The notes: generated by a model not told the origin, from the sequence alone. Positions 1 to 12,165 are shown, counted from the first letter of the whole stretch. The stretch: 63,635 nucleotides of DNA, filler included, from Choristocarpus tenellus KU-1152 (GCA_964200185.2; 7 parts of 7 records of this genome joined end to end with filler, not necessarily neighbours in it); one strand, 5' to 3'. Made by a program: numbers and translations.

Positions 1-55
1 GAAAAAATTGACCCCAAGTGGACAGCCGCCACCCCCTCCTAGATACTTTGAGCCT
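1..55 (+). mobile_element. MITE family B, right end (truncated by window edge)
   Basis: TGGACAGCCGCCACCCCCTCCTAGATACTTTGAGCC matches the right ends at 18894-19033 and 30577-30761. Confidence 0.8.
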
Positions 56-82
56 GTCGCTCACCTTTCGCCTCCGGCTGTG

Positions 83-325
83 TTAGTCCGTAGACCCTGT
101 GGCGTCTTCGTCATCGTTCTCCTTGGTCCTGTTCCTCCTGAAGTCGGGGGCGGACTCTCCCTCGATGCACTTAGCCATAATCAAATCGTCGGTGAAGAGA
201 TTGTCCGCCCTCAGCTCTGCATATTTTGCCTTGATCATCTGGATCATGTCATCTTTGGTGGTCCTGCTGGGGGTGGCGATGCCAAGTCTAGAGGACAGCA
301 CCTGTGTGGCAGTGTAGACGGACAT
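83..325 (-). CDS. Short protein-like ORF of unknown function, possibly repeat-borne
   Basis: 80-aa ORF with natural-looking helical/acidic composition (TTKDDMIQMIKAKYAELRADNLF); no recognisable family. Confidence 0.25.
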   Translation of the reverse strand: MSVYTATQVLSSRLGIATPSRTTKDDMIQMIKAKYAELRADNLFTDDLIMAKCIEGESAPDFRRNRTKENDDEDATGSTD

Positions 326-1004
326 AGGGATTTATTGCAGCATAGGTGTGTGGTCTGGGTGTGAACATGTGGATATGGTCGATTGGTAGGGTAGGTTGCT
401 GTGCCGGCCCTAGACCCGGCATGAGAGTGGAACCGGACAGGTTTGCACAATGTTGTGAGGGTGTTGTTCCGGGGAAGGGGCTTGCACAATGTTTGATCAC
501 GAAGTGTTCCACAGCGTACGGCCGTGTTGGATGACACCCCCCACTTTGAAAGCGTGGAGAAGGGTGTGTTTGATACATCGAGAACCGAAACCGCCCCGAT
601 TAGAATATCCTGAAAAGGTGTGCATCGCGTATGCGATCAATCGCAAGCCACTTCTAAAGGTTATGAAAATGTACCATGAAGCATGTAGGACGAAGTGAAT
701 GGGGGTAGTGTATCGAACGGTAGAGTGTGTGTTTTGATCTGATTTTTGGGGGGGAAACAATTGACAAATGCATGGTGGGTGTCGTCCCAGACAATATTGG
801 CGTTTGTATGTACTGCAATTGACGTGTTCTGTCGAACGGTAAACTAATGTGTATGGATTTGGTGGTGGATGGGATACTGAACGTTTCATGTGTTGTCGGT
901 CAGCACATAGCCCACATGCACATACCATCGTATGCATCCCTTTCTCTATAGGGGATATGAGGTAGCGATTGAGTTTTGTGGAAAGTCGAGGACGATGGTT
1001 TGGA

Positions 1005-1277
1005 GGTGTGTGGCTTCAAAGAGGTTGGTATGTGGACAGCCGCAACTTTTGCCATACTTTGTCGTACAGTAAAGTATGGCGAAAATGACATGAGGCATGT
1101 GGCTTGAAAAAAGTTAGTATATGGACAGCCGCAACTTTTGCCACACTTTGCCATAGGACAAAGTACGGCAAGATGACATGATGCGTATGGCTTCACAAAT
1201 AAGTTGGTATGTGGACAGCCGCAATTTTTTCCATACTTTGTCGAACGATAAAGTATGGCAAAAATCACATGAGGCGA
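1005..1277. repeat. Tandem repeat, 3 x 89-90 bp, each unit with an internal hairpin
   Basis: GGACAGCCGCAA recurs at 1034, 1123 and 1213; units contain TTTGCCATACTTT-loop-AAAGTATGGCGAAA or variants. Confidence 0.9.
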
Positions 1278-1326
1278 ACAGATGAAGGAAGAGCGAAACA
1301 TGACTTGGCATAATTTCATTATTGTG

Positions 1327-1374
1327 TAAGGGTGAGGGATGGTGTTAGGGTTAGGGCACAGGGTTAGGGTTGGG
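1327..1374 (+). repeat. Degenerate interstitial telomere-like (TTAGGG)n tract
   Basis: GTTAGGGTTAGGGCACAGGGTTAGGGTTGGG; similar tracts at 4381-4397 (CCCTAA sense), 60295-60306 and 60475-60500. Confidence 0.6.
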
Positions 1375-1589
1375 ATCGGAAACAGAAACTGGAAGGAACA
1401 TCGTTTGGTGCCGATAAATATCGGAACAAGGATATCGGAGAACACGAACTTCGTCGTTAGGTTTCGTTCTGCTCTTGATGGGAGGGCTTGTGCGCCACCG
1501 GTTCGGAACTACAGTAGAACTGGTGAACACCACGTCTCTCTGATTTCGATGCAAATGTGTGATTTCGGAAGGATATGGTGACCATATGC

Positions 1590-1880
1590 TTTGCTATGCC
1601 TAGTCTTCAAGCACTAATCCCTCCTTCAGGTAATTTCAGAATGCACAGGCTGTTGGAGTGTGCCTTGCTGCGATGGAGGCCTGGCCTTGCCTTTGGGATG
1701 TCCTGGGGTCTACCCCTCCGGAGTCCACGAGTTCATTCCCGTTGTTACCGAGATCCCCTAGTGGCTGGCGGGTCGTCATTGTACAGCCGCGATGCGATGG
1801 GTATGGTCCTCTCAAAGAACTGCAACAGCGATTCCTCTATATTGTCCAACCCCGTTGGTTTGTTGTCGACAGAGTGAGGT
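1590..1880 (+). mobile_element. Possible decayed restriction-like endonuclease (RLE) 3' end of a non-LTR retrotransposon
   Basis: Frameshifted pieces SSTNP...AVGVCLAAMEA / VYPSGVHEFIPVVTE / LQQRFLYIVQ follow the order of CRE-type RLE C-terminal motifs; weak. Confidence 0.3.
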
Positions 1881-2032
1881 AGTGTGGGGTTTATCACATT
1901 TGTGGTTTGGCGAAAGGTTAGTTGTTATGTACTACAATATAATTCTACAAAACTGGAAACACATGAAAAAAAGATGCAAACTCAAAGTTTTGACCCTCTC
2001 ACACTAATGAAGAAATAGCGCATGGGAGTTAC

Positions 2033-2056
2033 ATATATATATATATATATATATAT
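2033..2056. repeat. (AT)12 microsatellite
   Basis: Direct reading. Confidence 0.95.
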
Positions 2057-2844
2057 CTGTATTTGTTCTAGTTCAACGCCGTCGTAGACATACATAAAAT
2101 TTCAAAACATACTTGAAGAGAGCAAAATTCCCCTTATTAGATATCCTTTTTTGTTCTTGAGGAAAAGAAACACCCCAACTAGCCTGTTCATAACCACAAT
2201 ATATATACTACTATTTAATAGGGGTACAACATTCCATAAAGGCGGTTGTTCTTGTATTGATTATTGTGCAGTTGTTATACAACCGAAAAAAGAATAGCTT
2301 AAAAGGACCATACTTTCTTACTCAAGAGAAGATAGCTGCGTATCCCTTTCATGAAAATCGGGCTCGTCTGTAGCTATCCCTGTGCACTGTATGTGACGCT
2401 GAATACCGGGCATGTCGGGGGTAAAAAGATGACAAGACTTCCACTTCGTGCAAAGTGATCAGGTGCGTACGGCTAGGGGATGATGCGAACCGACCGCGAC
2501 ATACCATCCTCTCTGGGCCTGACTTGATGCGCAAGACATTTTCACTCTCTCCTTCTGTTTATTTCTCCTGTCCCATTTCCAACGTGCCCACCCGATGCAG
2601 GCATCCCGCGATCAACTAAGAGTCTTAGCCCAATCACCGAAAACCACCAAGCCTCCAAAGGGAACTAGAAGGTGAGTCCCCATACAAGAAACGTTCATCC
2701 TTCGTGCAGCCTACACTGGAGCGTCTCTGAATGACCAATATCGCAAACACACCGTCATGATTTAGCGCCGTTGGCGGATGTTGCGACTTTCGTACGTTCA
2801 CGTAGCATATATTAGCATGTAGCTGACATGATGGTGTAACCAAG

Positions 2845-4118
2845 TATTTGTATTTGTTACCTTTACAACCGTGTACACACCAGCTGCTAATGGCGGTAAT
2901 ACCAACATTTTTATATTCGATGCCCTGTATTTATCACCTCTTCATAACCGTGTACACACCAGTTGGCAGCAGTGGTACTACCAACATTTACAGTTTCGAT
3001 ACCCTCTATTTATTACCTTTACAATCGTGCACACACCAGCTGTCAGCAGTGGTTTCACCATTTTCAATTTCGATGCCTGTATTTCATACACATGCCCTGC
3101 GCAGTCAAAATAGTTTTCAGACCATGATTCAATACTTCCCTATTGCTCTTGTTGAGTTTTATTCGTACCGTCATCACTCTCATTCCCCAATACTTATTTG
3201 AATTTCCAACCGTGTACACACCAGCTGTCAGCAGTGGTAACACCAGCATTTTCAAATTCAATGCTTTGTATTTGTTACCTATATAACCGTGTATTCATCA
3301 GCTGCAGATGGTGGTGTCACCAATATTTTCAAATCCGACACCCTGTATTCATTACCTTTTCCACCGTCTACACACCACCTGTCAATGGTGGTAATACCAA
3401 CATTTTCACATTCGAAGCCCTGTATTTATTTGCGTTTCCAACCGTGTACACACCAGCTATCAGCAGTGGGAACACCAGCATTTTCAAATTCAATGCCCTG
3501 TATTTATTACCTTTACAAAATTGTACTCACCAGTGGAAGATGGAGGTGCCACCACCAATATTTTCAAATCCGACGCCCTGTATTCAATACCTTTACAACT
3601 GTGTACATACCATCCGTCAGCAGTGGCAATACCAACATTTCAAATTCGATGTCCTGTATTTATTACATTTACAACCGTGTACCCAACAGCTGTCAGAAGT
3701 GGCAACACTAGCATTTTCATATTCGATGCCCTGCATTTATGACCTTTACAACCGTGTACACATCAGGTCTCAGCAGTTGTAACACCAATATTTTCAAATT
3801 CAATGCCCTGCATTTATTACGTCTACAACAACTGTGTACACATCAAGTGTCAGCAGTTGTAACACCAACATTTTCAAATTCCATGCCCTGTAGTAGGTAC
3901 CTTTTCAAATGTGTACACACCATCTGTAAGCAGTGGTAATACCAACGTTTTCAAATTCAATGCCCTGTATTCATTACCTTTTCAACAGTGTACACACCAG
4001 CTGTCGGCAGTGGTAACACCAGATTTTCAAATCCGATGCCCTGTATTCATTACCTTTACAACCGTGTACACACCTGCTGTCAGCAGTGGTAACACCGGCA
4101 TTTTCACATTCGATGCTC
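2845..4118. repeat. Minisatellite, about 15 x 77 bp, with a ~110 bp interruption at ~3085-3195
   Basis: ACCGTGTACACACCAGCTGTCAGCAGTGGTAACACC-like unit starts at 2868, 2947, 3024, 3209, 3286, 3363, 3441, 3518, 3598, 3674, 3751, 3831, 3908, 3985 and 4061. Confidence 0.95.
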
Positions 4119-4367
4119 TATGTTAGAGAGGGCACGAGGTTCTCTCTGGTTGTCCTTTGGGGCTTGACTGCCCACGGGTTTTCAACGACATTGTACATAG
4201 TCCAAAATATTTTGGACAGGTACAATGTCTATATTGTGGAAAGGAGTTGTCGGAAAGAGGACATTGACATCTCCAAACAATAATGATGGCAAGAATTACT
4301 GCAAAAATGCAACACTTGAATTCAACCGCCAAATGGACGCGGCCTTACCCTTAAGATATTTCGACTC
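4119..4367 (+). mobile_element. MITE family A, diverged copy with eroded left end
   Basis: Colinear with 5356-5619; ends CAAATGGACGCGGCCTTACCCTTAAGATATTTCGACTC. Confidence 0.8.
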
Positions 4368-4729
4368 GCGCCCATGATACCAACCCTAGCCCTAACCAAA
4401 CTAAATCGCCTAAATTTTGAACACTAATCCCAATGCACCATTTACAGCTTTCACCTAGCATCGAACACGTCAACGTAGAATCAATTCAATGACTTTCATC
4501 TGAAATGACTACAGCGAATTCAACAGAACTTTTTCGCAAAATTGGAACATGTGTAGCAGTCACATATGTTGGGAGTAATCAGACCACTGATCAGAAATAG
4601 AAGCAAGATTCCACGATGCAATTTCACTCACCACAACATCCGTCTGTCCGGGTTGACGTGGTGACACCTTCAATACGCACATGTAAGGGCTCCGATACCA
4701 TTAGAACCTTTCCGATAAGGTTCGTATCG

Positions 4730-5355
4730 GAAATGGACATACCACCCAACCGTGTTATCGCGCTTTGGAATTTGATGGCCTTTACCGTTCGACAGAACAC
4801 ATCAAATTCATTCATTACTATCTACCATATATCAAGCACAAACATGCGCATGGTTGCCCTCCCGACATCCAACCCGGGTCAGCACGTAAATTCCTTTCAT
4901 CTTCATCTTTCACTTTCGCGGTTCAACGTAATGTTTTCCTGCTCAGGTTGTTCGTATTTCAAATGGACACACACACACCCAACCGTCTTGCTGCGCTTTG
5001 GAAGTTAATGGGCGTTACCGTTCGACAGAACACATCAAATTAATTCATCACTGTCAGTCATATGTCAAGCACAAACCTGTGCATGGTTGTCCTCCCGACA
5101 TCTAACCCGGGTCGGCCCGTAAAATCCTTTCATCTTCATCTTTCACTTTCGAGATTCGACGTAATGTTTTCCTGGTCAGGATTACTGTTTCAAATCGACA
5201 CACACAGCCCCAATAGTCTTGCCGCACGTTAGATATTGATGGCCTTTACCGTTCGACAGAACACATCAAATTCATTCATTACTGTGTCTGCCCTATGTCA
5301 AGTACAAACCTGTACATGATTGCCCTCTCTACATGTTACCTTGGTCGGCGCGTAA
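4730..5355. repeat. Tandem repeat, about 3 x 232 bp, third unit interrupted by a MITE
   Basis: ACCGTTCGACAGAACACATCAAAT at 4784, 5017 and 5248; the unit resumes briefly at 5620 after the MITE. Confidence 0.9.
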
Positions 5356-5619
5356 GAGTGAAAGTATCTTAGAGGGTACGAGTTTTGCCCTGTTTGTCCA
5401 TTTTGGGGCTTACCTACCTATGGGTATTTTTATGACATTTTCCTACTCAAAAATGTTTCGGTGTAAGAAAAACCTATTCGTTATTGAAAGGTGTGTCTGA
5501 AAGATAGATATTGACACTTCCTAACAAACACAACAATCGACCAAAATTACATCAAAATCGCAACATTGGATTTTGACCCCCAAATGGACGCGGCTATACC
5601 CTCTAAGATACTTTGGCTC
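5356..5619 (+). mobile_element. MITE family A, full copy (264 bp), target duplication GTAA
   Basis: TIRs GAGTGAAAGTATCTTAGAGGGTA / TACCCTCTAAGATACTTTGGCTC; GTAA on both flanks. Confidence 0.92.
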
Positions 5620-6329
5620 GTAAATCCTTCTCGTCTGCGTTCGGTATTGGTGCGTTCTCATATTCAATATTCATCCCATGTCGACCGGGTTTACTGTTTT
5701 CGATATATAATAGTAAATTGCGGCCTTCAAGGAAAGCGCTACGCCGTCCTCATGTCCACAGCATCATAAATCCTGAACACCAGTGACGAACACACAGGCA
5801 AGCAATTACACCATTGTACAACATCACCATGTGTTAACATCCAAACATGCTTCCCTACACTAAACACACAACCTAGACTCTCACAGATCTTACCGACGTT
5901 TGACAGTTTCACAACGAACATTGTTACAGGGTTCTCTCGTTTTATATGTTGCGATGTTGCTCGTCGAACAGATTGATTCATACTTTCGCTGTGTTGTAAT
6001 GATCGACAAAACCCGGCAAAAGAAGAGAAATTATGTCGCGGTTACATGCTAGTCCTATACACATCCTCTTCACCCTAGGTTACCAGCCCTATTTGTCTTC
6101 CTGATTTATGGGCTCGAATAATCTGCCCAAGTTTAATGAACCGCAAGTACTCTAATCCATCCATCCTTTCCTCACACCCTGTCTCCTTCTCTGTATCCTG
6201 CCTTGCTTACTCCTTCTCACCAACCTCTACCTCATTCCTTGCCTCCTGACGCTAGCTCCTCCTCCCGTTCTTTTTATTCCTACTTCGTCACGTCCTCTGC
6301 CTACTCCTCCACCATCACAGAGATAGCAT

Positions 6330-8032
6330 GAGTCACAAACCTTGTGATCACGCCAGACAAAAACGATACGTCCGAGCACGAACTTGACAAGTTCAAGTCC
6401 GAAGCAAGCACCACCCACGAGAGAGAAGTCGCCCTTCTCCAGACCCGACCAGGAGGCATCGTAATCACATGCACTGCCCTCAGGGACAACCTCGATCCGG
6501 ATTGTATCAAACTCCTCATGGACGAAGTCTCCACCTTTCGCAATTTTGCACTGATGAAGACACCAGTAGCTGGTGGCGTATCCACACCTATACCTCGTGG
6601 AAGACCCAGCCCACCAAGTGATGAGGAGGAACAAGACAACCCATCACCTAGAGCCCTACAGTAGGTACAGGAAGCAGGACTCTACGAGCGGGGAGGCCTA
6701 CAATCACACCCTCGGAACACGACTCTGAAGGCAATGGGGACCGACCCGTTTGTAACGCTTTGTCACGTCCAGAGGAACTTGCATAGGAGGACGTGAGGCG
6801 GCTGCTAGGCAGGGACTCAGAGTCCACACCTGTCAGGAGTGACGCATGTATGTCCCCAAACACCCATTCGGTGGGCAGCAGCAGCGACGAGTCCAAGGTG
6901 CCAGGGAACACCTACCACGATTCTGTGGGGCGAGGTCAGAGCCACGCCCATGCTCATCCAACCACAACACCGAGGGACAAGCCTTCCGTGAAAGGTAACG
7001 GAAAGAGGAAATTGATGATGTTTCGGAAGAACAGGTTGAGAGAAAACTCTGAAGGCGATGGGGACTGACCTGATTGTGATGCTTCGTTAGGTCCATAGAA
7101 GAACTTCTACAGGAGGACGTGGGTGGGCGTTCAGGCACGGACTCAGAGTCCATGCCTGTCGGGGGAGTGACCCCGGAATGTCCCCAAACGCCCATTTGGT
7201 GGGCAGCAGCGGTGAAAAGTCACAAGTGCCAGGGAACACCTACGACCATACTGTGAGGCGAAGTGAGAACCGCGTCCATGCCGATCCTACCCCAACCCCG
7301 AGGGACAAGCCTTCCAAGACGGGCAAAGGAAAGGGGAAAAGGACGATATTTAGGAAGAAGAGGGTGGGAAAAGGTGCTGGGCGGATGAGACCCTTCAAGC
7401 AGCCTCGTGGTCCTGATGACAGCGCTTTAGAACCTGACTTCTTCGCAGACTTCTTTGTTTCTGACAAAATAGGCAGATACGCGGCAAATCCGTCTTCATC
7501 TACCTTGAGGTACGACGATGACGACGAAAGGTCATCTCATGGTGATGAGGATTGTGTCACATATGACGCGGCCGACTCTGGCGATGCATCCGACGTGGGG
7601 ATCTCTGAAGCCTTCATGGAGGCATGCGTTACCGAGCTCCTACGATCGGCAACGAAACCTACTTCTTCACGGTATTGAGTGCAGACTCAAACCCTCACCC
7701 AAGTCATATACGACCATGGTGGGTTCATCAAGGCCGGTAAAGGGGCCGTTTCTCTTGTTTTCGGGGGTGAATGCTATGTTCACGAGCCCACACACAGGTT
7801 AAACTCGGCGATCGCGGAGGAAGCCAGGCAACAAGTTGCGTCCCGAGCATGTGGAAGCACTCCAGGCGAGGAAGGCTATCTTCTTGAGCCCCATGAGCCC
7901 AAACCTTGGAACGCCAGGTACTCCACACGCCTCAATCTATAGCACCTTCTTGTCGAGGCATACCCTAAGCTCACAGAGTGGTTGGAGAAGGGTGACGAAT
8001 GCAATTTTGAGTCCGCCCACCAATTGAAATAA
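6330..8032 (+). pseudogene. Disrupted long reading frame of unknown family with an internal 324-bp tandem duplication
   Basis: Consecutive same-strand ORF pieces (6344-6664, 6793-7068, 7178-7678, 7679-7942) broken by stops and frameshifts; 6722-7045 and 7046-7372 encode paralogous peptides (MSPNTHSVGSS..VPGNTY..TPRDKPS). Confidence 0.45.
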
Positions 8033-9387
8033 GGCTTCAGTCGTTTCAGTGTTTTGTTAAGTACGGGTAGAGTTACAGGTACACTGATTTATGCATCAGT
8101 GTACCTTGCCTTGGTGTCCAACTACCATGTTCATGCACTTTCCATTTGATGAGTTATGCATTCAGACAGTGGTATCGGATACATTGCTACCAGTCAGAGT
8201 CATCAGCAGATCATATATCATGCTCACGTTGAGGATTAGACCTGCGTTATTATTTTTTTTAAAGGGCGTGTCTGCTACAAGGTTTAGACAACTAAAATAT
8301 ATTACATCAATCAAACAACTCTTCTCCATCTTCTCAGCTAACCTTTCCAAACAATTCACCAGGGCCAGCGATGGATACCCTGTCCTTCTCAAAGCTGCGA
8401 TTTATTCCTTGAACACTATAACGCACCTCCCCCCTTCTTCTCAATACTCTATGCACCATCTCATGCTGTCCAAGTGCAGACAAACTAGAACCGATCTCGT
8501 CCTCCTTCGAATCTTGGAGGATCATTTACCAAAGTCCACGCACGATGCTCCTAAGCACAGCACCAACCCAGGACCTCTGGAAGTGTACCTTGAAGTACTT
8601 TCAGAGAAACGTACAACAATAGACCTTAACCAATAACCATTCTTATAAACCTCCAGATCCCGTCCACACATTACATGAGAGATATAATACACTAACGCGA
8701 AAACAAAACCTGACCCTTTTCCCTTCATACCAACAACTTCAACCCTAACACCCTCAGCGACAACCGCGTCTGTTTACATACTAAATCCGACACATGCACG
8801 CAAATGAACGAAGTACTTACCTTTTGACTGTACATGATATATGTTTTGGTTCCTCGTGCACATACCGGGAGAATAGGCCCGAACTAACAGTCCTCTTTGT
8901 GTACATACCAGACACGACTCATGCAAGCAAATAAACGAAAAAACAATCTCGCCCATAGTCTTTTTTTCAATTCCTCATCCTAACAGTGGAGAAACACACC
9001 CTAACCGACAGCCCTCTGTATGTGCTAACCAAATCCCACTCATGCAACCAAACAAACCAATATCCAGCCCTGGAACAACCTAACACATATTTTTTATTCT
9101 TCATCGTAACTGCACGACCAACATACATAAACCAATAATCCAGTTTGAACAGACTCGAAATTCGACACATGCAAACGTCGAAACTCCTAACCAAACCCAA
9201 ATAAATGGTGGCATATATTCCCATTCTTCTTGCGTACGCAAGGACAGAAAGAAACTTAACTAACAGTCTTCTTTTTTTTGCTGCCGACATTTCAAATCAG
9301 ACACGTGCGATCAAATCACACCAAAAAGCGAAAATCGAAAAAAGGGTGAAAAACGGATGCCGGCAACCCCCCAAGATACTTTGACCC
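7835..9387 (+). mobile_element. Large element (family L), right portion; paralogue of 54425-56204
   Basis: About 1.5 kb of colinear similarity with 54425-56204 that stops at the shared terminus CCCCCCAAGATACTTTGACCC. Confidence 0.85.
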
Positions 9388-10904
9388 TGGACTAAGGGAT
9401 CAGTTAATTGACTACGCAGATGCTGATTATGCAAACTGAAGGAGATATTGTCTATTTCTGGTGTGGTGTTGTGATATTTGGGGGGGGATGTGTTGACTTT
9501 GTTCGTAGATAGTGCTGCTGATACACTATAGACACCACCGGTGGAGAAGATTAGGGAAGACAAAAACTACCAGTGGAGTAATGGAGTAATGAAGGAAGAG
9601 TAGAGTCAGATATTTTTTTCTGTATATCTTAGTTTAGGTCTGCACAACGTATACATGATACAGTTATAGGATTCCTTTCTGATTGCATTATTCTTTTCTG
9701 ATTATCCATGTCAACGTTGCAAACCCCACATGATGGTCTGCACGTGTCTCATCCCCACCAATTCAGTCAGCGGAACCGAGACCATAAGCCCTTTGTAATA
9801 TTAACTTTGCATATCTACATTAAGCTATTCATTGTCCTTCATCAAAGCACGAAGCCGCGGGTCCAGTATGGAATATTCCAACAGACTTGAGGTTTGGGAA
9901 GCAGAAAACGGTTACAATGTCTACTTTGCGGGTTATTATAGTATAACAAGAAGAACCCTAGAAAGGAATGTTGTAGAAAGAAAAACAGATTGAGTGACGA
10001 GTTCTTAGCGATCAGTGATGAGTAAAAGGTTTATCACCCCCCTCGCTTGAAGGGTGTTTCTCACCCCAACTCTCTCTACCTCCTAGAACATAACTGAAGA
10101 GGAATTAATTTACATATTTCAATATCGAGACTTGGGATTCAACAAATTCGTTAACACCCTCTTTATGAGAGATTCCTCCTTAAGAAGTCCTGACTCCAGA
10201 TGGAGGTTAGACTATGCTTTCATTCAAGATGCTTACTTGCAAGTAGCACGACGACCTATTCAGTCTTGAACAGGTCACACAAATACGTCATCAATAGCCG
10301 TCAGATACTCCAAAGTAGTTTACAAGGGCATACAAAGATTTGATTCAACTGTGTAAGCACTATTGCAAAAGATAAGGACAAAATACGTATGTCATTCCCC
10401 CTTTTTCTTATGCTTCCAAACTCTCTTGTTTATGATTCATTTGCCCATATAATACACAGCTACCTACAGAGTCATCCTCTTGCTTTCATGTAGTCTTTTC
10501 CCGAAGATAACAAGGCTCCTAACAGAGCTTTTCCCCTAATTTGTAATCCTGGTTTCACACGTCAGCAACCCTAAGCCCGATACACTACACCAGCACCAGA
10601 GACTGGTGATCTGTAAAAGCATCACCACATTGTGAGAACAATCCTAGCACCGCATTCATCAAGATATCTCTACTAGGTCACAGGTTTCGTCATCCCACAC
10701 ATTATACATATATTTTAGTGTAACACATTTGATAGTCGGAGACTCATCATCACATATAACATGATATAAAAGTACAAACATAAAATTGAGCTCTTTTGGA
10801 AGAGAATATTTGAACATAGCAGGAAAGTCGAACAAAATGACACTCAATCAGCCATCACCACCACTACCATAAAAATAAGATGCCCAGTTACACACACCTA
10901 TCAC

Positions 10905-10974
10905 GAGTCAAAGTATCTGGAGGGGGGGCTGTCGGCGTCCGTTTTTCACCCTTTTTTCGATTTTCACTTTTTTG
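10905..10974 (-). mobile_element. Family L terminus, inverted, cut by contig end
   Basis: GAGTCAAAGTATCTGGAGGGGGGGCTGTCGGCGTCCGTTTTTCACCCTTTTTTCGATTTTC is the reverse complement of ~9320-9387 and ~56140-56204. Confidence 0.85.
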
Positions 10975-11074
10975 NNNNNNNNNNNNNNNNNNNNNNNNNN
11001 NNNNNNNNNNNNNNNNNNTTAATTAATTAANNNNNNNNNNNNNNNNNNNNNNNNNNNNNNNNNNNNNNNNNNNN
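10975..11074. other. Artificial contig linker (also 18794-18893, 26283-26382, 40819-40918, 53840-53939, 60752-60851)
   Basis: Identical N44-TTAATTAATTAA-N44 cassette, with stops in all six frames, present six times. Confidence 0.99.
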
Positions 11075-12085
11075 AGGGGGGGGCTATATCGGGAGGGAAG
11101 GGGGAGTTCTGCCAGGTAGCAGCCGCTGTGTTCAAGCAGCGGCTGGGGGGAAAGAGGAGAAGGAGAAAGTCTGCCACTAAGCAGCCACACTGCTGGATCA
11201 GTAGCAGGAGGAAACGCACATGGGGGGGTTTTGTGGTCTGTGCCTTGGTAGAAGAGGAGAATGTTCACTGGCTAGCATCAGCTATGGTGCTCCAGCAGTA
11301 CCAAGAGGAATGGTAAAGGAGGGAGCTGTACCCAGGTAGCAGGAATGTGCTGCTGTACATGATTAGAAGGGATAGGCTGTGCCCAAGGGGCTCTGTGCCT
11401 GTCCGTCTGCAAACTTTGATAGCTAAGATAAGAACGTTCATGAGTGTCTGTGGGATCTGAGCCTAACTTTGACCTTGACAGTGGCAAGCAGGAAAAAAAA
11501 TTCTTTGATATACTTAAATAGAAGCACAAGGTTTACAGGGCGGGGCCCTGCCAGACAATGTAAGAACAAACCACGCAATGGGCTGATCATCCCCTCAAAG
11601 ACGTTCAACACAAATTTGTTGGACTACGGGTAGAAGTTAAGGTCAGGGTTAGAAGAGATGGTGTGTGTGTCTGACAATAGTTCAAGTATCCATCGCTTTG
11701 CACCTAGCGCTAGGTACTATTATCTTTTTCCTTGTGTTGGTCTGATGGGCATCTCCCTAAGTTCGAGACACTATCGACTTCACTACTTCTCATACAAATA
11801 CTGTAAATACCAATACTGAAACTAACTCATACTCGACCACAAATTGTATTGCCTCTTGTTCATGCCATGCTTCTCGGATGTTGTGTTCAGCAATCCCACC
11901 TCTTCTCGCTCCACCTCCTCCCTTAAATCCGTAGGTGCTGAACCCGCCTTAACCATGCCTCCTCGATCTTATTCCGGCTTTTGGGGGGGGATATAATGTC
12001 CGATAGAATAGTAGAGGTATACAATCCGTTGGGCGTGTCACAGGGAATTGGATAATCGAAATCAAGTTTCCTCAAAAGAAAGTTT

Positions 12086-12165
12086 GGCGTCAATGGGACT
12101 TGAACCCATGAAATTTATGAAAGGAGAAGCCTCCTTAGCCGTTGGAGCGACGAGGACGACGGCGT
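12086..12165 (-). pseudogene. tRNA-derived remnant (pseudo-tRNA or SINE head)
   Basis: Minus strand has T-arm/B-box ATGGG-TTCAAGT-CCCAT followed by TGACGCCA and a degenerate A-box; no intact anticodon arm. Confidence 0.35.

Noticed and set aside
2845-4118. CRISPR-like array
   Set aside because: Units are homologous over their whole length, there are no unique spacers and no cas genes, and the context is eukaryotic.
2848-4126. Overlapping ORFs in the 77-bp array
   Set aside because: The unit length is not a multiple of three and the same peptides rotate through all frames; a repeat artefact.
6330-9387. Fanzor/TnpB or Helitron identity for family L
   Set aside because: No RuvC (DPG, RD.N), zinc-finger, HUH or helicase motifs were recognisable in the frames read.
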